In this document: piece by piece, positions 50,311-61,189 of the stretch
Position numbering within the stretch: position 1 is the first letter of the stretch
How the letters are laid out: each line of letters opens with the position of its first letter
Source: an uncultured delta proteobacterium
GTDB taxonomy: Bacteria; Desulfobacterota; Desulfobacteria; Desulfobacterales; QNYZ01
Length of the DNA stretch: 64,000 bases
Assembly (NCBI GenBank): GCA_963845145.1
Contig: CAWJQU010000002.1
Span: 288,001 to 352,000 of the forward strand
Reading direction: 5' to 3'
Translations under genes and position numbers: made by a program
Notes under the pieces: generated by a model
The model's input: only the letters and a program-made list of their open reading frames with translations
What the model was told of the DNA's origin: nothing
Database searches by the model: none

Positions 50311-51540
50311 TTAGATAACATCCTTAAACCATCGTTTCATCTGGGCCATAACCTTGTGAAATATATTTTTATCTCGAATGGCAAATCCCGCTCTTTTTCG
50401 TTCTTGACCGGCACCAAAGACGACCAATCCGACCCCGGTGGCATAGATGGGGTTGTTCACCATATCGGTCAGTCCGGTCACGCCGGCCGGCTTGCCGATG
50501 CGCGCCGGGACTTTGAATACCGACTCGGCAATCTCGCTGGAACCCTCGATCAGTGAACCGCCGCCGGTGAGAACCACCCCGGCGTTAAGACAATGGGATA
50601 GATCCCGATTGTCGATCTCCTGTCGAACCAAATTAAAGATCTCTTCCATTCTCGGCTCCAGGATTTCTCCCAAAATCTGACGGGGCAACTTGCGCGGTGA
50701 ACGCCCGCCTAACCCCGGCACTTCGATCATTTCATCGGCGCCGATATGGCTCAAAACACAGCAACCATACTTTTCCTTAATCCGCTCCGCATCGGCTAAC
50801 GGCGCCCGCAGCCCGATCGCAATATCGTTGGTAAAATTGTCTCCACCCAGAGCCAAAACGAAAGTATGAAATATATTTTTTCCTCTGAATATCGCCAGAT
50901 CGGTGGTGCCTCCGCCGATATCGATCAGGGCGGTACCCAGCTCTTTTTCCTCGTCGGATAATACGGCTCGACCCGATGCCAAAGATTCCAACACAATCTC
51001 GCCGACATCCAACCCAGCGCGGTTGGCGCACTTCACAATATTGCGTGCTGATGTAACCGCACCGGTAACAATATGAATTTTCGCTTCCAGGCGAACACCG
51101 GCCATCCCCACCGGGTTTTGAATGCCGTCCTGGTCATCTACAATATATTCCTGCGGCAGCACATGGATCACCTCGCGCTCCATGGGAATCGCCACGGCAC
51201 GCGCCGCCTCTATGACCCGATCCACATCACCCTTGGTAACTTCATTCCCCTTGACAGCCACCACACCACGGCTGTTGAAGCCGGTAATGTGACCACCGGC
51301 AATACCGGTATAAACGGAAGAGATCTCGCAGCCGGCCATCTGTTCCGCCTCATCCACCGCTTTTTTGATCGATTCCACCGTGGATTCGATGTTCACAACA
51401 ACGCCTTTACGCAGACCCACCGAAGGATGGGTGCCGATACCGATGATATTGACTTCGCCGGGCAACACCTCGCCCACCACACAACAAATTTTGGTTGTAC
51501 CAATATCCAGGCCAACGATGAGTTCGCCCCTGCCCTCCAT
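50311..51540 (-). CDS. ftsA: Cell division protein FtsA
   Basis: GLDIGTTKI, DIGGGTTD, VVLTGGGS, amphipathic C-terminus. Confidence 0.98.
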   Translation of the reverse strand: MEGRGELIVGLDIGTTKICCVVGEVLPGEVNIIGIGTHPSVGLRKGVVVNIESTVESIKKAVDEAEQMAGCEISSVYTGIAGGHITGFNSRGVVAVKGNEVTKGDVDRVIEAARAVAIPMEREVIHVLPQEYIVDDQDGIQNPVGMAGVRLEAKIHIVTGAVTSARNIVKCANRAGLDVGEIVLESLASGRAVLSDEEKELGTALIDIGGGTTDLAIFRGKNIFHTFVLALGGDNFTNDIAIGLRAPLADAERIKEKYGCCVLSHIGADEMIEVPGLGGRSPRKLPRQILGEILEPRMEEIFNLVRQEIDNRDLSHCLNAGVVLTGGGSLIEGSSEIAESVFKVPARIGKPAGVTGLTDMVNNPIYATGVGLVVFGAGQERKRAGFAIRDKNIFHKVMAQMKRWFKDVI

Positions 51541-51559
51541 TCTAGACCTCCTTATCCTT

Positions 51560-52375
51560 TTATAGGGTCAACTCACCCTTGAGGTTCATGACAATTCGTT
51601 GCGGATCATTTAAATCGATCCAATCGATCGTCTCCGTGGTCCGACGTGCGTTGAAATGGGTCAGTAATCGCGTTAGTACTTCATATTTAGCTGAATAGTC
51701 CCTGTATCCCAGCCGAATCATTAGGGGCTGATCAAAGGCAACCAGGGTCAGTCCAATCTCCCGATCCACATTCACGGTTTTCAAATAACGATTGGGAATC
51801 ACGCTACCGGGTTCACCACCCAGGCGCAAAACCGCCAACACCGAGCCAAACGACCGGTCGTTGGGTGGGCCGGAGAGGGTTAGATCCGTGAAGGATAACC
51901 CATGAATAAGCGGATAATTGGATTCATCCAGCGCGTCGGCTTTTTTAAAAATATCACCCTCATGGTTGATAACGAATTTTCGCCCGAGATCGACGACTGC
52001 CAGGGGCACCTGCTCTGTGACAGTCAATTCCAGTGCATCCGGGAACCGTCTTCTAATACTGACATCGGAAATCCAGGGATGAGCCCTTAATCGTTTCCGG
52101 GTCAGGGACAGATTTACGGATAGAATATTGACACCTTTTTTTAGAAGGGATTTAGTCAGCACCTCGGATTCGGACAATCGGTTTAAACCGTTGATCTGGA
52201 TCGTCGCTGCTCCGAATAGCGGCGAACGCGTCAAAAAATCATGGCCCGTTACCATGACAAAACTGAGCACGGCCATTCCAAACACCCCGATTACAACATA
52301 GACGCTCCGACCCAGATATTCGGTAAAATGTTGTGACCGTTTCGCTCGGCGGCTTTTAAACCGATTTTGGCGCAT
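51560..52375 (-). CDS. ftsQ: Cell division protein FtsQ/DivIB
   Basis: TM, POTRA (HPWI...RRFPD), position upstream of ftsA. Confidence 0.9.
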   Translation of the reverse strand: MRQNRFKSRRAKRSQHFTEYLGRSVYVVIGVFGMAVLSFVMVTGHDFLTRSPLFGAATIQINGLNRLSESEVLTKSLLKKGVNILSVNLSLTRKRLRAHPWISDVSIRRRFPDALELTVTEQVPLAVVDLGRKFVINHEGDIFKKADALDESNYPLIHGLSFTDLTLSGPPNDRSFGSVLAVLRLGGEPGSVIPNRYLKTVNVDREIGLTLVAFDQPLMIRLGYRDYSAKYEVLTRLLTHFNARRTTETIDWIDLNDPQRIVMNLKGELTL

Positions 52376-53375
52376 GATTCGAGTCTCCTACAATGACCAC
52401 TTCCGGCTCCAGCCGAACACCAAAATGATCGGCCACGCGGGCTTGGACGCACTTTGCCAAGGCAAGGATATCCGCCGCCCGGGCATTTTTTCGATTAATG
52501 ATAAAATTGGCATGACGCGTCGAAATGATTGCGCCGCCCACCTGTTTTCCTTTTAGACCGGCTTTATCGATCAATTCACCGGCGGATGGGCCTGTTGCCG
52601 GATTTTTAAAAAAACAGCCGGCACTTGAAACACCGGTTGGTTGGCGCAATTTACGGTCTTTTTTGATTTCGACGCCCTTTTTTTCCAACAGCTGCGAATC
52701 CATTCGTTCCAGATGAAAGGTTCCTTCGACGATAATGCCCGAATGCGGAGCCAACCCCCCATTGATGGCAGGCAGACGCATTCGGCGATACCCAAAATCA
52801 ATCTCTCGCCGGTGAATTCGCCGCACTTGCCCGGTGGGCCACAACACCGTAATGGCCTCCAGAACATTCGCCATACAACTTTGGGCGGCACCGGCATTCA
52901 TCGCGAGCGCCCCACCCACCGAAGCAGGGATCCCCAAAGCAAAGGTCATATCTCCCCATCCCCTGTCGATAGTGTAACGACACAACGACGGCAAACGTGT
53001 ACCCGCCTTGGCTACTAATTTTGGACGGCCGGCATCATCCTCACTCGCAGTAATCCCCTTAAAGTGGGGCGTTAATGCAATGACGACCCCCCGAATACCG
53101 CCATCACGAACCAGTAAATTACTGCCCCCGCCCACAACCAACCAAGGGATTTCTCTTTCTTGAATCCATGCGAACAATTTCCCCAAAACCTCGATATTGT
53201 GCGGCATCGCCACCGCGTCGGCCGGGCCACCGACAGCCAGGGTCGTGTAGCGCCGCATGGGCACATCGAATCGAATGCGGTCATCCAAAAGAGAGCGCAG
53301 TTCATTTTTTTCATTGGTGTTCAAGCCACGAACGACAGTGGGCTCGTCATATGAAACGGCGCAGCTCATCATCAT
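52356..53375 (-). CDS. murB: UDP-N-acetylenolpyruvoylglucosamine reductase
   Basis: VGGPAD, GGGSNLLV, GIPASVGGA..MNAGA, SAGCFFKNP, HANFI; start uncertain. Confidence 0.96.
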   Translation of the reverse strand: MMMSCAVSYDEPTVVRGLNTNEKNELRSLLDDRIRFDVPMRRYTTLAVGGPADAVAMPHNIEVLGKLFAWIQEREIPWLVVGGGSNLLVRDGGIRGVVIALTPHFKGITASEDDAGRPKLVAKAGTRLPSLCRYTIDRGWGDMTFALGIPASVGGALAMNAGAAQSCMANVLEAITVLWPTGQVRRIHRREIDFGYRRMRLPAINGGLAPHSGIIVEGTFHLERMDSQLLEKKGVEIKKDRKLRQPTGVSSAGCFFKNPATGPSAGELIDKAGLKGKQVGGAIISTRHANFIINRKNARAADILALAKCVQARVADHFGVRLEPEVVIVGDSNHAPKSV

Positions 53376-54742
53376 GACACCCTTTCCAACAGCATCTCGC
53401 CGACGCGGTACACATCACCCGCTCCCAGGGTCACAACCAGATCGCCCGGGGTCAGGATATCGATTAAGTAGCGCACCGCCCCTTCCTTATTCATGGCATA
53501 TCGGGCATCCTTATGCCCGTGTCGCTGAATTTCTTCGTAAAGCCTTTTGCCTGTCACGCCTTCGATCACCTCTTCGCTGGCAGCGTAAATGGGCAACACA
53601 ATCAACACGTCGGATTGATAAAAAGAGCGTACGAATTCGTCAAATAGCGCTTGGGTCCGGGTATAGCGGTGGGGTTGAAAAACCACCACAATGCGTCGGT
53701 CTGCCCAGCTCTTTCGGACTGCGGCCAACGTGGTTTGGATTTCCGAGGGGTGGTGGCCGTAGTCGTCCACGACGGTGATACCATTGCTTTCACCTTTTAT
53801 CTCGAGACGACGACCCACACCGGGAACGGTTTCAAGCGCCTTCTTGATATGATCGAAACCGACATCCAATTCGAGCCCTACGGCAATACCGGCTAAGGCA
53901 TTAAGGACATTGTGTTCGCCCGCCCGGTTGAGCAGGATCTGCCCCAGTGCGCCTTCGGGACCGCTCACGGTAAAACGGGTTTTTAAGCCCTCGAATTGAA
54001 TATCCGTTGCTTTCAGATCAGCCTGGTTGCTTAATCCGTAAGTGATAAACCTTTTTTTTATCTGCGGAATCACGTCCTGAACCGCGGGATTATCCAGACA
54101 TAAAATAGCCAACCCATAAAAAGGGATACGATCGATAAATGTTAAAAAGGCGGATTTGATCGCATCTAAGTCTTTATAAAAATCGAGGTGTTCCCGGTCG
54201 ATATTGGTCACTACGGCCAAAGTCGGTGAAAACTTGAGAAAGGAACCGTCGCTTTCGTCCGCTTCGGCCACGATAAAATCACCTCGTCCCAATACGGCAT
54301 TGGTACCGAGGCCCATCAATTTTCCACCGATCACCACGGTTGGGTCCAGATTACCAGCCGCCAAAATCGCCGCAACCAGCGACGTCGTGGAGGTCTTGCC
54401 GTGGGCGCCGGCAATGGCTACGCTGTATTTCAACCGCATCAATTCCGCCAGCATTTCCGCCCGTGGAATAACGGGAACGGCATTTTGCCTAGCCGCCAAT
54501 ACTTCCGGGTTGTCGTCTGCCACAGCCGAAGAGGTTACCACCACGTCGGCCCCTTCGATCTGGGGCGCCGCATGGCCCTGGTAAATGATGCCACCCAACT
54601 GCGACAGATTTTCGGTAATCTCCGTGGCAGCCAGATCCGATCCGGAAACACGATAACCAAGATTCAACAGCAATTCGGCAATTCCGCTCATACCGATGCC
54701 GCCGATGCCAACAAAGTGAATGTGGTATTTTTGTTGATACAT
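53372..54742 (-). CDS. murC: UDP-N-acetylmuramate-L-alanine ligase
   Basis: HFVGIGGIGMSG, GAHGKTST, EADESD, DDYGHHP. Confidence 0.98.
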   Translation of the reverse strand: MYQQKYHIHFVGIGGIGMSGIAELLLNLGYRVSGSDLAATEITENLSQLGGIIYQGHAAPQIEGADVVVTSSAVADDNPEVLAARQNAVPVIPRAEMLAELMRLKYSVAIAGAHGKTSTTSLVAAILAAGNLDPTVVIGGKLMGLGTNAVLGRGDFIVAEADESDGSFLKFSPTLAVVTNIDREHLDFYKDLDAIKSAFLTFIDRIPFYGLAILCLDNPAVQDVIPQIKKRFITYGLSNQADLKATDIQFEGLKTRFTVSGPEGALGQILLNRAGEHNVLNALAGIAVGLELDVGFDHIKKALETVPGVGRRLEIKGESNGITVVDDYGHHPSEIQTTLAAVRKSWADRRIVVVFQPHRYTRTQALFDEFVRSFYQSDVLIVLPIYAASEEVIEGVTGKRLYEEIQRHGHKDARYAMNKEGAVRYLIDILTPGDLVVTLGAGDVYRVGEMLLERVS

Positions 54743-54764
54743 AAGTGGTTAAAACCTTGCCCCA

Positions 54765-54807
54765 GTTAATTAAAACCGGGTAATTAAAACCGGTTAATTA
54801 AAAACCG
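54765..54807. repeat. Three tandem 14-bp repeats in the murG-murC spacer
   Basis: gttaattaaaaccg / ggtaattaaaaccg / gttaattaaaaaccg. Confidence 0.85.
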
Positions 54808-55958
54808 CAGGTCCTGCGACGCCAGCGCCACCCCGTTAACCATAAAAAAAATAGTGCCAACCGGTTTTTTTGGGCCAGTACCGTCAAGCAATCGTCAACA
54901 ATATTCATGGCCGCATCGGGATGCCCAAAAGTACGCACGCGGTGGGCCATGTAGCTCAAGGCCTGACGATGGGCAAGATAGTATTGAATCAGGCGGGCCA
55001 ATGCGTTGCCGGTCAGGTCTTTTTCGAGAACCATCCCCGCCGCCCCCTCTTTAACCAATTGTCGTGCATTTAATTCCTGATGGTTTTCCGTAGCGAACGG
55101 ATACGGGATGAAAATACATGCTTTACCAAGTAGAGCGGCTTCGGCAACAGTGGTCGCACCGGCTCGACAGATCAGCAAATCCGCTTGAGCATACTGAGCA
55201 CCGATATCGTCGAAAAACGCCTTTACCCGACAGTTAACCCCATGTCTTGTGTAGGCCGCCTCAAGGTCCTGTTTATCATCCAACCCGGTCTGGTGAATAA
55301 AATATAGTCTATCATCGTCTTTCAGTTCTTCGAGGGCCGCCACAATGGCCTGATTGATGGCGTGGGCACCCTGACTGCCGCCCAACACCAAAACCGTGAA
55401 CCGATTGGGGTCTCGCATGGTTTCAGCAGTTGAAGTCAATTCTCCCGAAGGTTGTACCTCCCGTCTCACCGGATTACCGAACACGCGAATCTTTTTTGGA
55501 TCGCCTGGCATCCGTGTCCGTTCAAAAGAGACATAGATACGCGAGGCCAACTTGGCCACCAGACGATTGGTCATTCCGGGCAGCATGTTTTGTTCGTGAA
55601 TCACCACCCGAATGCCCATTAACCACGCACCGACGGCCACGGGCGCGGCCGAGTACCCGCCGACCCCCACCACCAGGTTCGCTTTAAAGCGCCTGATTTT
55701 TCTAGTGGCCAGATAAACCGACCACGGAAAAACAACCAGGGCCGCCAGCTTGTCCCAAAGGCTTTTACCCTTAAATGGACGAACAAATATTGCTTCATGA
55801 TCAAATTTCCTTTCAGCTAGAATCGTCTTTTCAAAAAGACGATCGGTACCAATAAATAATATTTTACAACGGGTAATTTTGGCACAAAATCCTTCTGCAA
55901 TGGCAATACCGGGAAACAGATGCCCACCGGTACCGCCACCGGCGATGATCACACGCAT
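54798..55958 (-). CDS. murG: Lipid I GlcNAc transferase
   Basis: AGGGTGGHLFP, HEQN..PG..N, GNPVR, GGSQGA, RAGATT.AE, HQ..NA. Confidence 0.97.
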   Translation of the reverse strand: MRVIIAGGGTGGHLFPGIAIAEGFCAKITRCKILFIGTDRLFEKTILAERKFDHEAIFVRPFKGKSLWDKLAALVVFPWSVYLATRKIRRFKANLVVGVGGYSAAPVAVGAWLMGIRVVIHEQNMLPGMTNRLVAKLASRIYVSFERTRMPGDPKKIRVFGNPVRREVQPSGELTSTAETMRDPNRFTVLVLGGSQGAHAINQAIVAALEELKDDDRLYFIHQTGLDDKQDLEAAYTRHGVNCRVKAFFDDIGAQYAQADLLICRAGATTVAEAALLGKACIFIPYPFATENHQELNARQLVKEGAAGMVLEKDLTGNALARLIQYYLAHRQALSYMAHRVRTFGHPDAAMNIVDDCLTVLAQKNRLALFFLWLTGWRWRRRTCGF

Positions 55959-56002
55959 CCGATCCGGGACCACGGGCGAATCGTTCTTTTCCGCGGTTTG
56001 CG

Positions 56003-57142
56003 CTATGTCTTGGCTCGAACCGATGATTGTCCTCCGATATTCATCAAAATACCCATAGAAACCATACTGATAAGCATCGATGTTCCCCCATAACTTAAGA
56101 AGGGCAACGGCAACCCCTTGGGGGGTAACAATCCAAGGGTAACGCCCATATTGACACACACTTGTAACGCGATGCCGGCCGTCAGTCCCATCGCTGCCAG
56201 GGAACCGAAGGAATCTGAACAATGGCGTGCGATGCCGATACCGCGCCAAACAATAACCGCGTATAACAATACAATAATGGTGACCCCTACCAGCCCAACC
56301 TCTTCACCAATAACCGAAAAAATGAAATCCGTATGGGGTTCGGGTAGAAAGAAAAGTTTTTGGTATCCATGGCCGAGCCCGGTCCCAACAATTCCACCGG
56401 TGCCAAAGGCCATTTGAGAGTGCACAACCTGATATCCCTGGTCAGAGGCGTAAGCCCATGGGTTTAAAAACCCGACCAGCCGAGCCAAGCGGTAGGGTGC
56501 ACTGATCAGAAAATAGATCAGCGCCGCCAGTATGGCCGGCAATGGCAACAATAGATGGGGAATACGCACACCGGCGGTGAACATCATGATCCAGGTCAGC
56601 ATGGTTAAAATGACCACAGAGCCAAAATCGGGCTCCATCCCGACCAACACGACCAAGACCGAAAGTACGATCACGTGAGGTACAAAGCCGATGGTAAAAA
56701 CATCCAACTTGGCCTGTTTTTTGGTCAGGGAGTAAGCAAGGTAAAGGACCAGAATCAGACGGGCCAGCTCAGACGGCTGAAATGTCCACCCCAGGAGTCC
56801 CAACCACCGGGTGGAACCACCGGCGGTAACGCCAAGCCCCGGCATCAGAACCAGAACCAAAAGCGCTATGGCCATCAAAAGCAGCGGATAAATGATGTAT
56901 CTAAAAAACCGATAGGGAAAATGGCGACCGGCAATCATGGCAACGATTCCAAACAGGGAAAAAAGCGCCTGACGTTTAAGATAAAAATAACCATGACCGT
57001 AAACCTTTAACGACAAAGCGGAACTGGCGCTGTAAACCATCACAATCCCGAACCCAACCAGCGCTAATACGGGAAAAAGCAAGGCGCTGTCATAGGTCCA
57101 GTTGTTTTTGATCTTTGTTTTGGTTTTTTTTGAAACCGTCAT
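56003..57142 (-). CDS. ftsW: SEDS peptidoglycan polymerase FtsW
   Basis: MVYSAS, RW..., QPSE, EPDFG, LPEPHTDFIF, PFLSYGG. Confidence 0.96.
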   Translation of the reverse strand: MTVSKKTKTKIKNNWTYDSALLFPVLALVGFGIVMVYSASSALSLKVYGHGYFYLKRQALFSLFGIVAMIAGRHFPYRFFRYIIYPLLLMAIALLVLVLMPGLGVTAGGSTRWLGLLGWTFQPSELARLILVLYLAYSLTKKQAKLDVFTIGFVPHVIVLSVLVVLVGMEPDFGSVVILTMLTWIMMFTAGVRIPHLLLPLPAILAALIYFLISAPYRLARLVGFLNPWAYASDQGYQVVHSQMAFGTGGIVGTGLGHGYQKLFFLPEPHTDFIFSVIGEEVGLVGVTIIVLLYAVIVWRGIGIARHCSDSFGSLAAMGLTAGIALQVCVNMGVTLGLLPPKGLPLPFLSYGGTSMLISMVSMGILMNIGGQSSVRAKT

Positions 57143-58500
57143 GTCAACAGCTCTACGTTTCGTCGGAAATCATTCCCGCGGTCGGCATAATTCTCGTACT
57201 GATCGAAACTGGCGCATCCGGGAGATAACAGGACAACATCCCCGGGCGTGGCGATGCCATGGGCTGCCCGCACGGCTGCGGCCATATCCACAACTGATTC
57301 TAAAGCGACCGTCGACCCCAATGCTTTGGCGATCACGTCCGCCGCTTCGCCCAGAACGATCAATTTTTTCACCTTTTTAGCAGCCATCGGTGCCAACGAC
57401 GCAAAATCGCCGCCTTTGTCCTGTCCGCCCATGATCAGGATAACCGTCTCAAAGGAGGACAGTGCTTTTAAAACGGCATGCACATTGGTCCCCTTGGAAT
57501 CGTTGATGTACAAAACGCCTCTGACGTTTTTAACCGGCTCCGTGCGATGCGGCAGACCATCAAACTCATCTAAAGCCTGGTATATGCCTTCCACGGTCCC
57601 ACCAGCGGCCAGAGTGGCCAGGCTAGCCGCGGCAATATTTTCATGGTGGTGATCACCGATAAGCCGGCTACGGCTCAAATCGATCCATTGTTCCCGGCCG
57701 TTTTGACGAATCAAAATGGTCTGACTGGTGATTGCGGCACCGTCGCTAAAATCAGCCGGAGCCTGGCCATATCCATAAAAGGGAACCTTTTTGGCTGGAC
57801 ATTGATCCACTATTTGAGCAACCACGTCATCACCACCATTGTAAACGACCGTATCCGTAAGCCCCTGGTTTTTCAGCAACCGCCCCTTGGACTGTGCATA
57901 AGCATCAAAATTCACATATCGATCCAGATGGTCCGGTGTAATATTCAATAACACCGATACATACGGCCGAAATGTATCGATGGTATCAAGCTGGAAACTG
58001 CTGACTTCAGCCACTACAACATCGGCCGGTTTATCCAGGTCCGGATAAAGCACCAAGGGGCGCCCGATATTACCACCCACAAAAACGCGGCGGCCTGACG
58101 CTTTCAACATTTCACCGATCAGAGACGTGGTGGTGGTCTTTCCATTGGTGCCGGTCACCGCGACAATCGGCTCGGTGATAAATCTGCCGGCCAGTTCAAG
58201 TTCCCCCAAGACCGGAATCCCCAAGGCCCTGGCCCGTTCAACGGGTGCCATTGTATGGGGCACACCGGGGCTTAAACAGATCAGGTCCGCTTTTTCAAAT
58301 AATTCAGTTGGATGCCCTCCCAACACGGTTTTAATTCCTCTTTTTCGAAGCCGGTTATGGATACTTTTCAAATGGGGGCTATCGGCGGCATCGTTTACCG
58401 TGACGTGGGCACCCCGGTTTTTTAAAAACCGTACGCTTGCCTCGCCCGACATTCCGAGTCCGACTACCAGCACCTTTTTATTGGTAAGCTCCATGTCCAT
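57139..58500 (-). CDS. murD: UDP-MurNAc-L-Ala-D-Glu ligase
   Basis: GLGMSG, SPGVP, GTNGKTTT, EVSSFQL, NDSKGTN, SPGCASFD. Confidence 0.98.
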   Translation of the reverse strand: MDMELTNKKVLVVGLGMSGEASVRFLKNRGAHVTVNDAADSPHLKSIHNRLRKRGIKTVLGGHPTELFEKADLICLSPGVPHTMAPVERARALGIPVLGELELAGRFITEPIVAVTGTNGKTTTTSLIGEMLKASGRRVFVGGNIGRPLVLYPDLDKPADVVVAEVSSFQLDTIDTFRPYVSVLLNITPDHLDRYVNFDAYAQSKGRLLKNQGLTDTVVYNGGDDVVAQIVDQCPAKKVPFYGYGQAPADFSDGAAITSQTILIRQNGREQWIDLSRSRLIGDHHHENIAAASLATLAAGGTVEGIYQALDEFDGLPHRTEPVKNVRGVLYINDSKGTNVHAVLKALSSFETVILIMGGQDKGGDFASLAPMAAKKVKKLIVLGEAADVIAKALGSTVALESVVDMAAAVRAAHGIATPGDVVLLSPGCASFDQYENYADRGNDFRRNVELLT

Positions 58501-58540
58501 CTTTAATTTTCCGATGCCATGGTTAGCGATCCGAGCACCG

Positions 58541-59620
58541 TCATCGTAGTTTCAATGTACTGAGCGATATCAATGCCAATCCGATGGAAATGATCCAGAA
58601 TCGAACGATCACTTTCGGCTCAGCCCAGCCCTTTAATTCAAAATGGTGATGGAGCGGTGCCATTTTGAAAATCCGTTTGCCTTTGCTCACCTTGAAATAC
58701 CCGACCTGCAAAATCACCGACAGCGCTTCGATAACAAACAAACCGCCCACCAAAACTAAAAGGATTTCCTGCTTGGTGATAACAGCGGCCGTACCCAGCA
58801 GGGCCCCCAGGGGAAGTGACCCCACATCCCCCATGAAAATTTGCGCCGGGTAGGCATTAAACCATAAAAAGCCAAGCCCGGCTCCGGCCACGCAACCACA
58901 AAAAATAGCCAGTTCGCCGGCGCCGGCCACATAGTAGACCTGTAAATACTCGGCAATCTTTACGTTTCCGGAAACATAGGCAAAAGCCATATACGTACCA
59001 GCGGCGATAATAACCGGCCCGATGGCCAGACCGTCCAGGCCATCCGTCAAGTTGACGGCGTTGGATGTCCCGACGATAACCAGTGCAGCAAAAACGATAT
59101 AGCCGATGCCCAAATCAGGTGAAAATTGTTTAAAAAAGGGAACGGTCACCTGGGTGGAAAAATCAGAACTGCCGTAAATCCAAATGCCTGCGGCAAACGC
59201 CAACAAGAATTGAAGTGAAAATTTGGCCCAGGCCGTCAAACCCAGATTGCGTTTTTTAATCTGTTTCAAATAATCGTCCATAAATCCGATACCGCCAAAC
59301 CCGATGACGACAAACAGGACAATCCAGACGAAACCATTGGTTAAATCAGCCCATAAAAGGACAGCCGCCACAACGGCGGTAATGATTAATCCGCCGCCCA
59401 TTGTCGGTGTGCCTTGCTTGGGCAGGTGCGACTCGGGGCCATTGTGCTGAATATATTGTCCAACCTGAAGTGCACTGAGCTTTCGAATCACCCAGGGCCC
59501 TAAAACAAAACAGACCAAAAAGGCCGTCACCGTGGCATAAATCGTTCGAAAGGTGATGTAGCGAAAGACATTGAATGCCGACCAGGTCGTATGTAATGGG
59601 TATAATAAGTGATAAAGCAT
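58541..59620 (-). CDS. mraY: Phospho-MurNAc-pentapeptide transferase
   Basis: [38 protein letters not shown]. Confidence 0.98.
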   Translation of the reverse strand: MLYHLLYPLHTTWSAFNVFRYITFRTIYATVTAFLVCFVLGPWVIRKLSALQVGQYIQHNGPESHLPKQGTPTMGGGLIITAVVAAVLLWADLTNGFVWIVLFVVIGFGGIGFMDDYLKQIKKRNLGLTAWAKFSLQFLLAFAAGIWIYGSSDFSTQVTVPFFKQFSPDLGIGYIVFAALVIVGTSNAVNLTDGLDGLAIGPVIIAAGTYMAFAYVSGNVKIAEYLQVYYVAGAGELAIFCGCVAGAGLGFLWFNAYPAQIFMGDVGSLPLGALLGTAAVITKQEILLVLVGGLFVIEALSVILQVGYFKVSKGKRIFKMAPLHHHFELKGWAEPKVIVRFWIISIGLALISLSTLKLR

Positions 59621-59673
59621 ATTTTTCGTCTATTCAGGTCGAATGGTTATAAGTGTGCAACCGGTCCGTCGGA

Positions 59674-61131
59674 CTATCTCAAAGCTTCAATTTGCTTGTC
59701 ACGATCTTCATTTTCATCACTGGAATAAAAAGCCCATTGTTTAATCGGTTCCACAATCTTTTCCATGGCCGACCCCCGCGAACCTTTTACAAGTAGGCGG
59801 TCGCCCGCCTTTAGCTCTTTTTTCAGGGTTTCGATTATGGCTTCTTTTTCCCCGGTGAAGACATTGCCCCTAGCCATTCCGCCTGCCAAGGCACCCTTGG
59901 CGACAAATGGGGCATGGGGTCCGGTCGCGTACAACCGGGAAATGGCCGTGCGTCCGGCCAGTTCCCCAATCTCGTAGTGCAGCCGGTCGGTGTTATCGCC
60001 TAATTCGAGCATGTCACCCACCACCAGTATTGAACGATCGCTTCCCGCCAGCGTGGCCAGAGTGCGGATGGCCGCCGCCATGGAGCCAGGGTTGGCGTTG
60101 TACGTATCGTCGACAATGGTCACATCCCGATCCGTGGTGATAATATTCATACGGCCTGAAACCGGGCGAAAACGGGCCAGACCCATCTGAATTGCCTCGC
60201 CGGACAGACCGGCCGCATAGCCTGCCGCGGCTGCCGCCAGGGCGTTGTGCACCATAAATCGCCCAGCTGCAGGTAGATTCACCCTCACCTGAGATTCCGG
60301 CATCCTCAATGTAAAATCGATATGTTGGTCGGTTTCTTCAATTGAATGACCTCGAATATCGGCCTTTTTCGACTCACCGAAAAAAAGCACTTTTTTGTCG
60401 GTCTTTGTGCCCAACCGCGCCAGGTAAGGATCATCCCGATTGAGGATGATGGCCCCCCCGGACTCGATATTCTCCAGAATCTCGGCTTTGGCCTTGAGCA
60501 CGCCTTCAATAGACCCCACGCCTTCCAGGTGACACGGGCCGATGTTAGTGATCACACCAATATTTGGGCGACAGATAGCCGACAACCGTCGAATCTCCCC
60601 AAAGTGGTTCATGCCCATCTCAAGCACGACCCATTGATGCTGCGGTCCGAGTTTGAGCAGGGTCAGTGGAAGCCCGATGTTGTTATTGTAGCTCCCCCGG
60701 CTCGCCAGGGTGTCAAATTGCCCTTCGAAAATGGTTGCGACCAAACGGCGTGTCGTGGTCTTACCGTTCGATCCGGTAATACCCACAACATTTGCTTTGC
60801 CGCGGGATCGCTGATAGGCGGCCAGATCGCCCAGAGCGCGAATCGTATTTTGTACCGCCACCCAGGTCAGGTCGGGATTATCGGCTCGAACCCCTTGCAG
60901 TTTATCGGCTTTGGCCTGGTCCATGACCACACCCTGAACCCCTTGTCCAATCACCTCCGGAATAAACGCATGACCATCATGATTCTCGCCTTTAATCGCC
61001 ACAAACAGGTGGCCGGCTTTAACGACACGCGAATCAATCCCCACGGCACTGAAATTCGCCGATGCATCGCCACATAATGCCTTCCCCCCTGTGGCTTTCA
61101 GCACATCTTCCGTGGTGAGCGCTATAATCAT
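59674..61131 (-). CDS. murF: UDP-MurNAc-tripeptide-D-Ala-D-Ala ligase
   Basis: ITGSNGKTTT, NN.IGLP, EMGMNH, DTYNANP.SM, KGSR. Confidence 0.97.
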   Translation of the reverse strand: MIIALTTEDVLKATGGKALCGDASANFSAVGIDSRVVKAGHLFVAIKGENHDGHAFIPEVIGQGVQGVVMDQAKADKLQGVRADNPDLTWVAVQNTIRALGDLAAYQRSRGKANVVGITGSNGKTTTRRLVATIFEGQFDTLASRGSYNNNIGLPLTLLKLGPQHQWVVLEMGMNHFGEIRRLSAICRPNIGVITNIGPCHLEGVGSIEGVLKAKAEILENIESGGAIILNRDDPYLARLGTKTDKKVLFFGESKKADIRGHSIEETDQHIDFTLRMPESQVRVNLPAAGRFMVHNALAAAAAGYAAGLSGEAIQMGLARFRPVSGRMNIITTDRDVTIVDDTYNANPGSMAAAIRTLATLAGSDRSILVVGDMLELGDNTDRLHYEIGELAGRTAISRLYATGPHAPFVAKGALAGGMARGNVFTGEKEAIIETLKKELKAGDRLLVKGSRGSAMEKIVEPIKQWAFYSSDENEDRDKQIEALR

Positions 61132-61189
61132 CCGTTAAAAACCCTTTTTCGAAATATTACCTGAATCAGTCCCGGCAAGAAAATTCTGC

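Noticed and set aside
51560..53375. Absence of ddl between murB and ftsQ
   Set aside because: ddl position varies among dcw clusters; uninformative without the whole genome.
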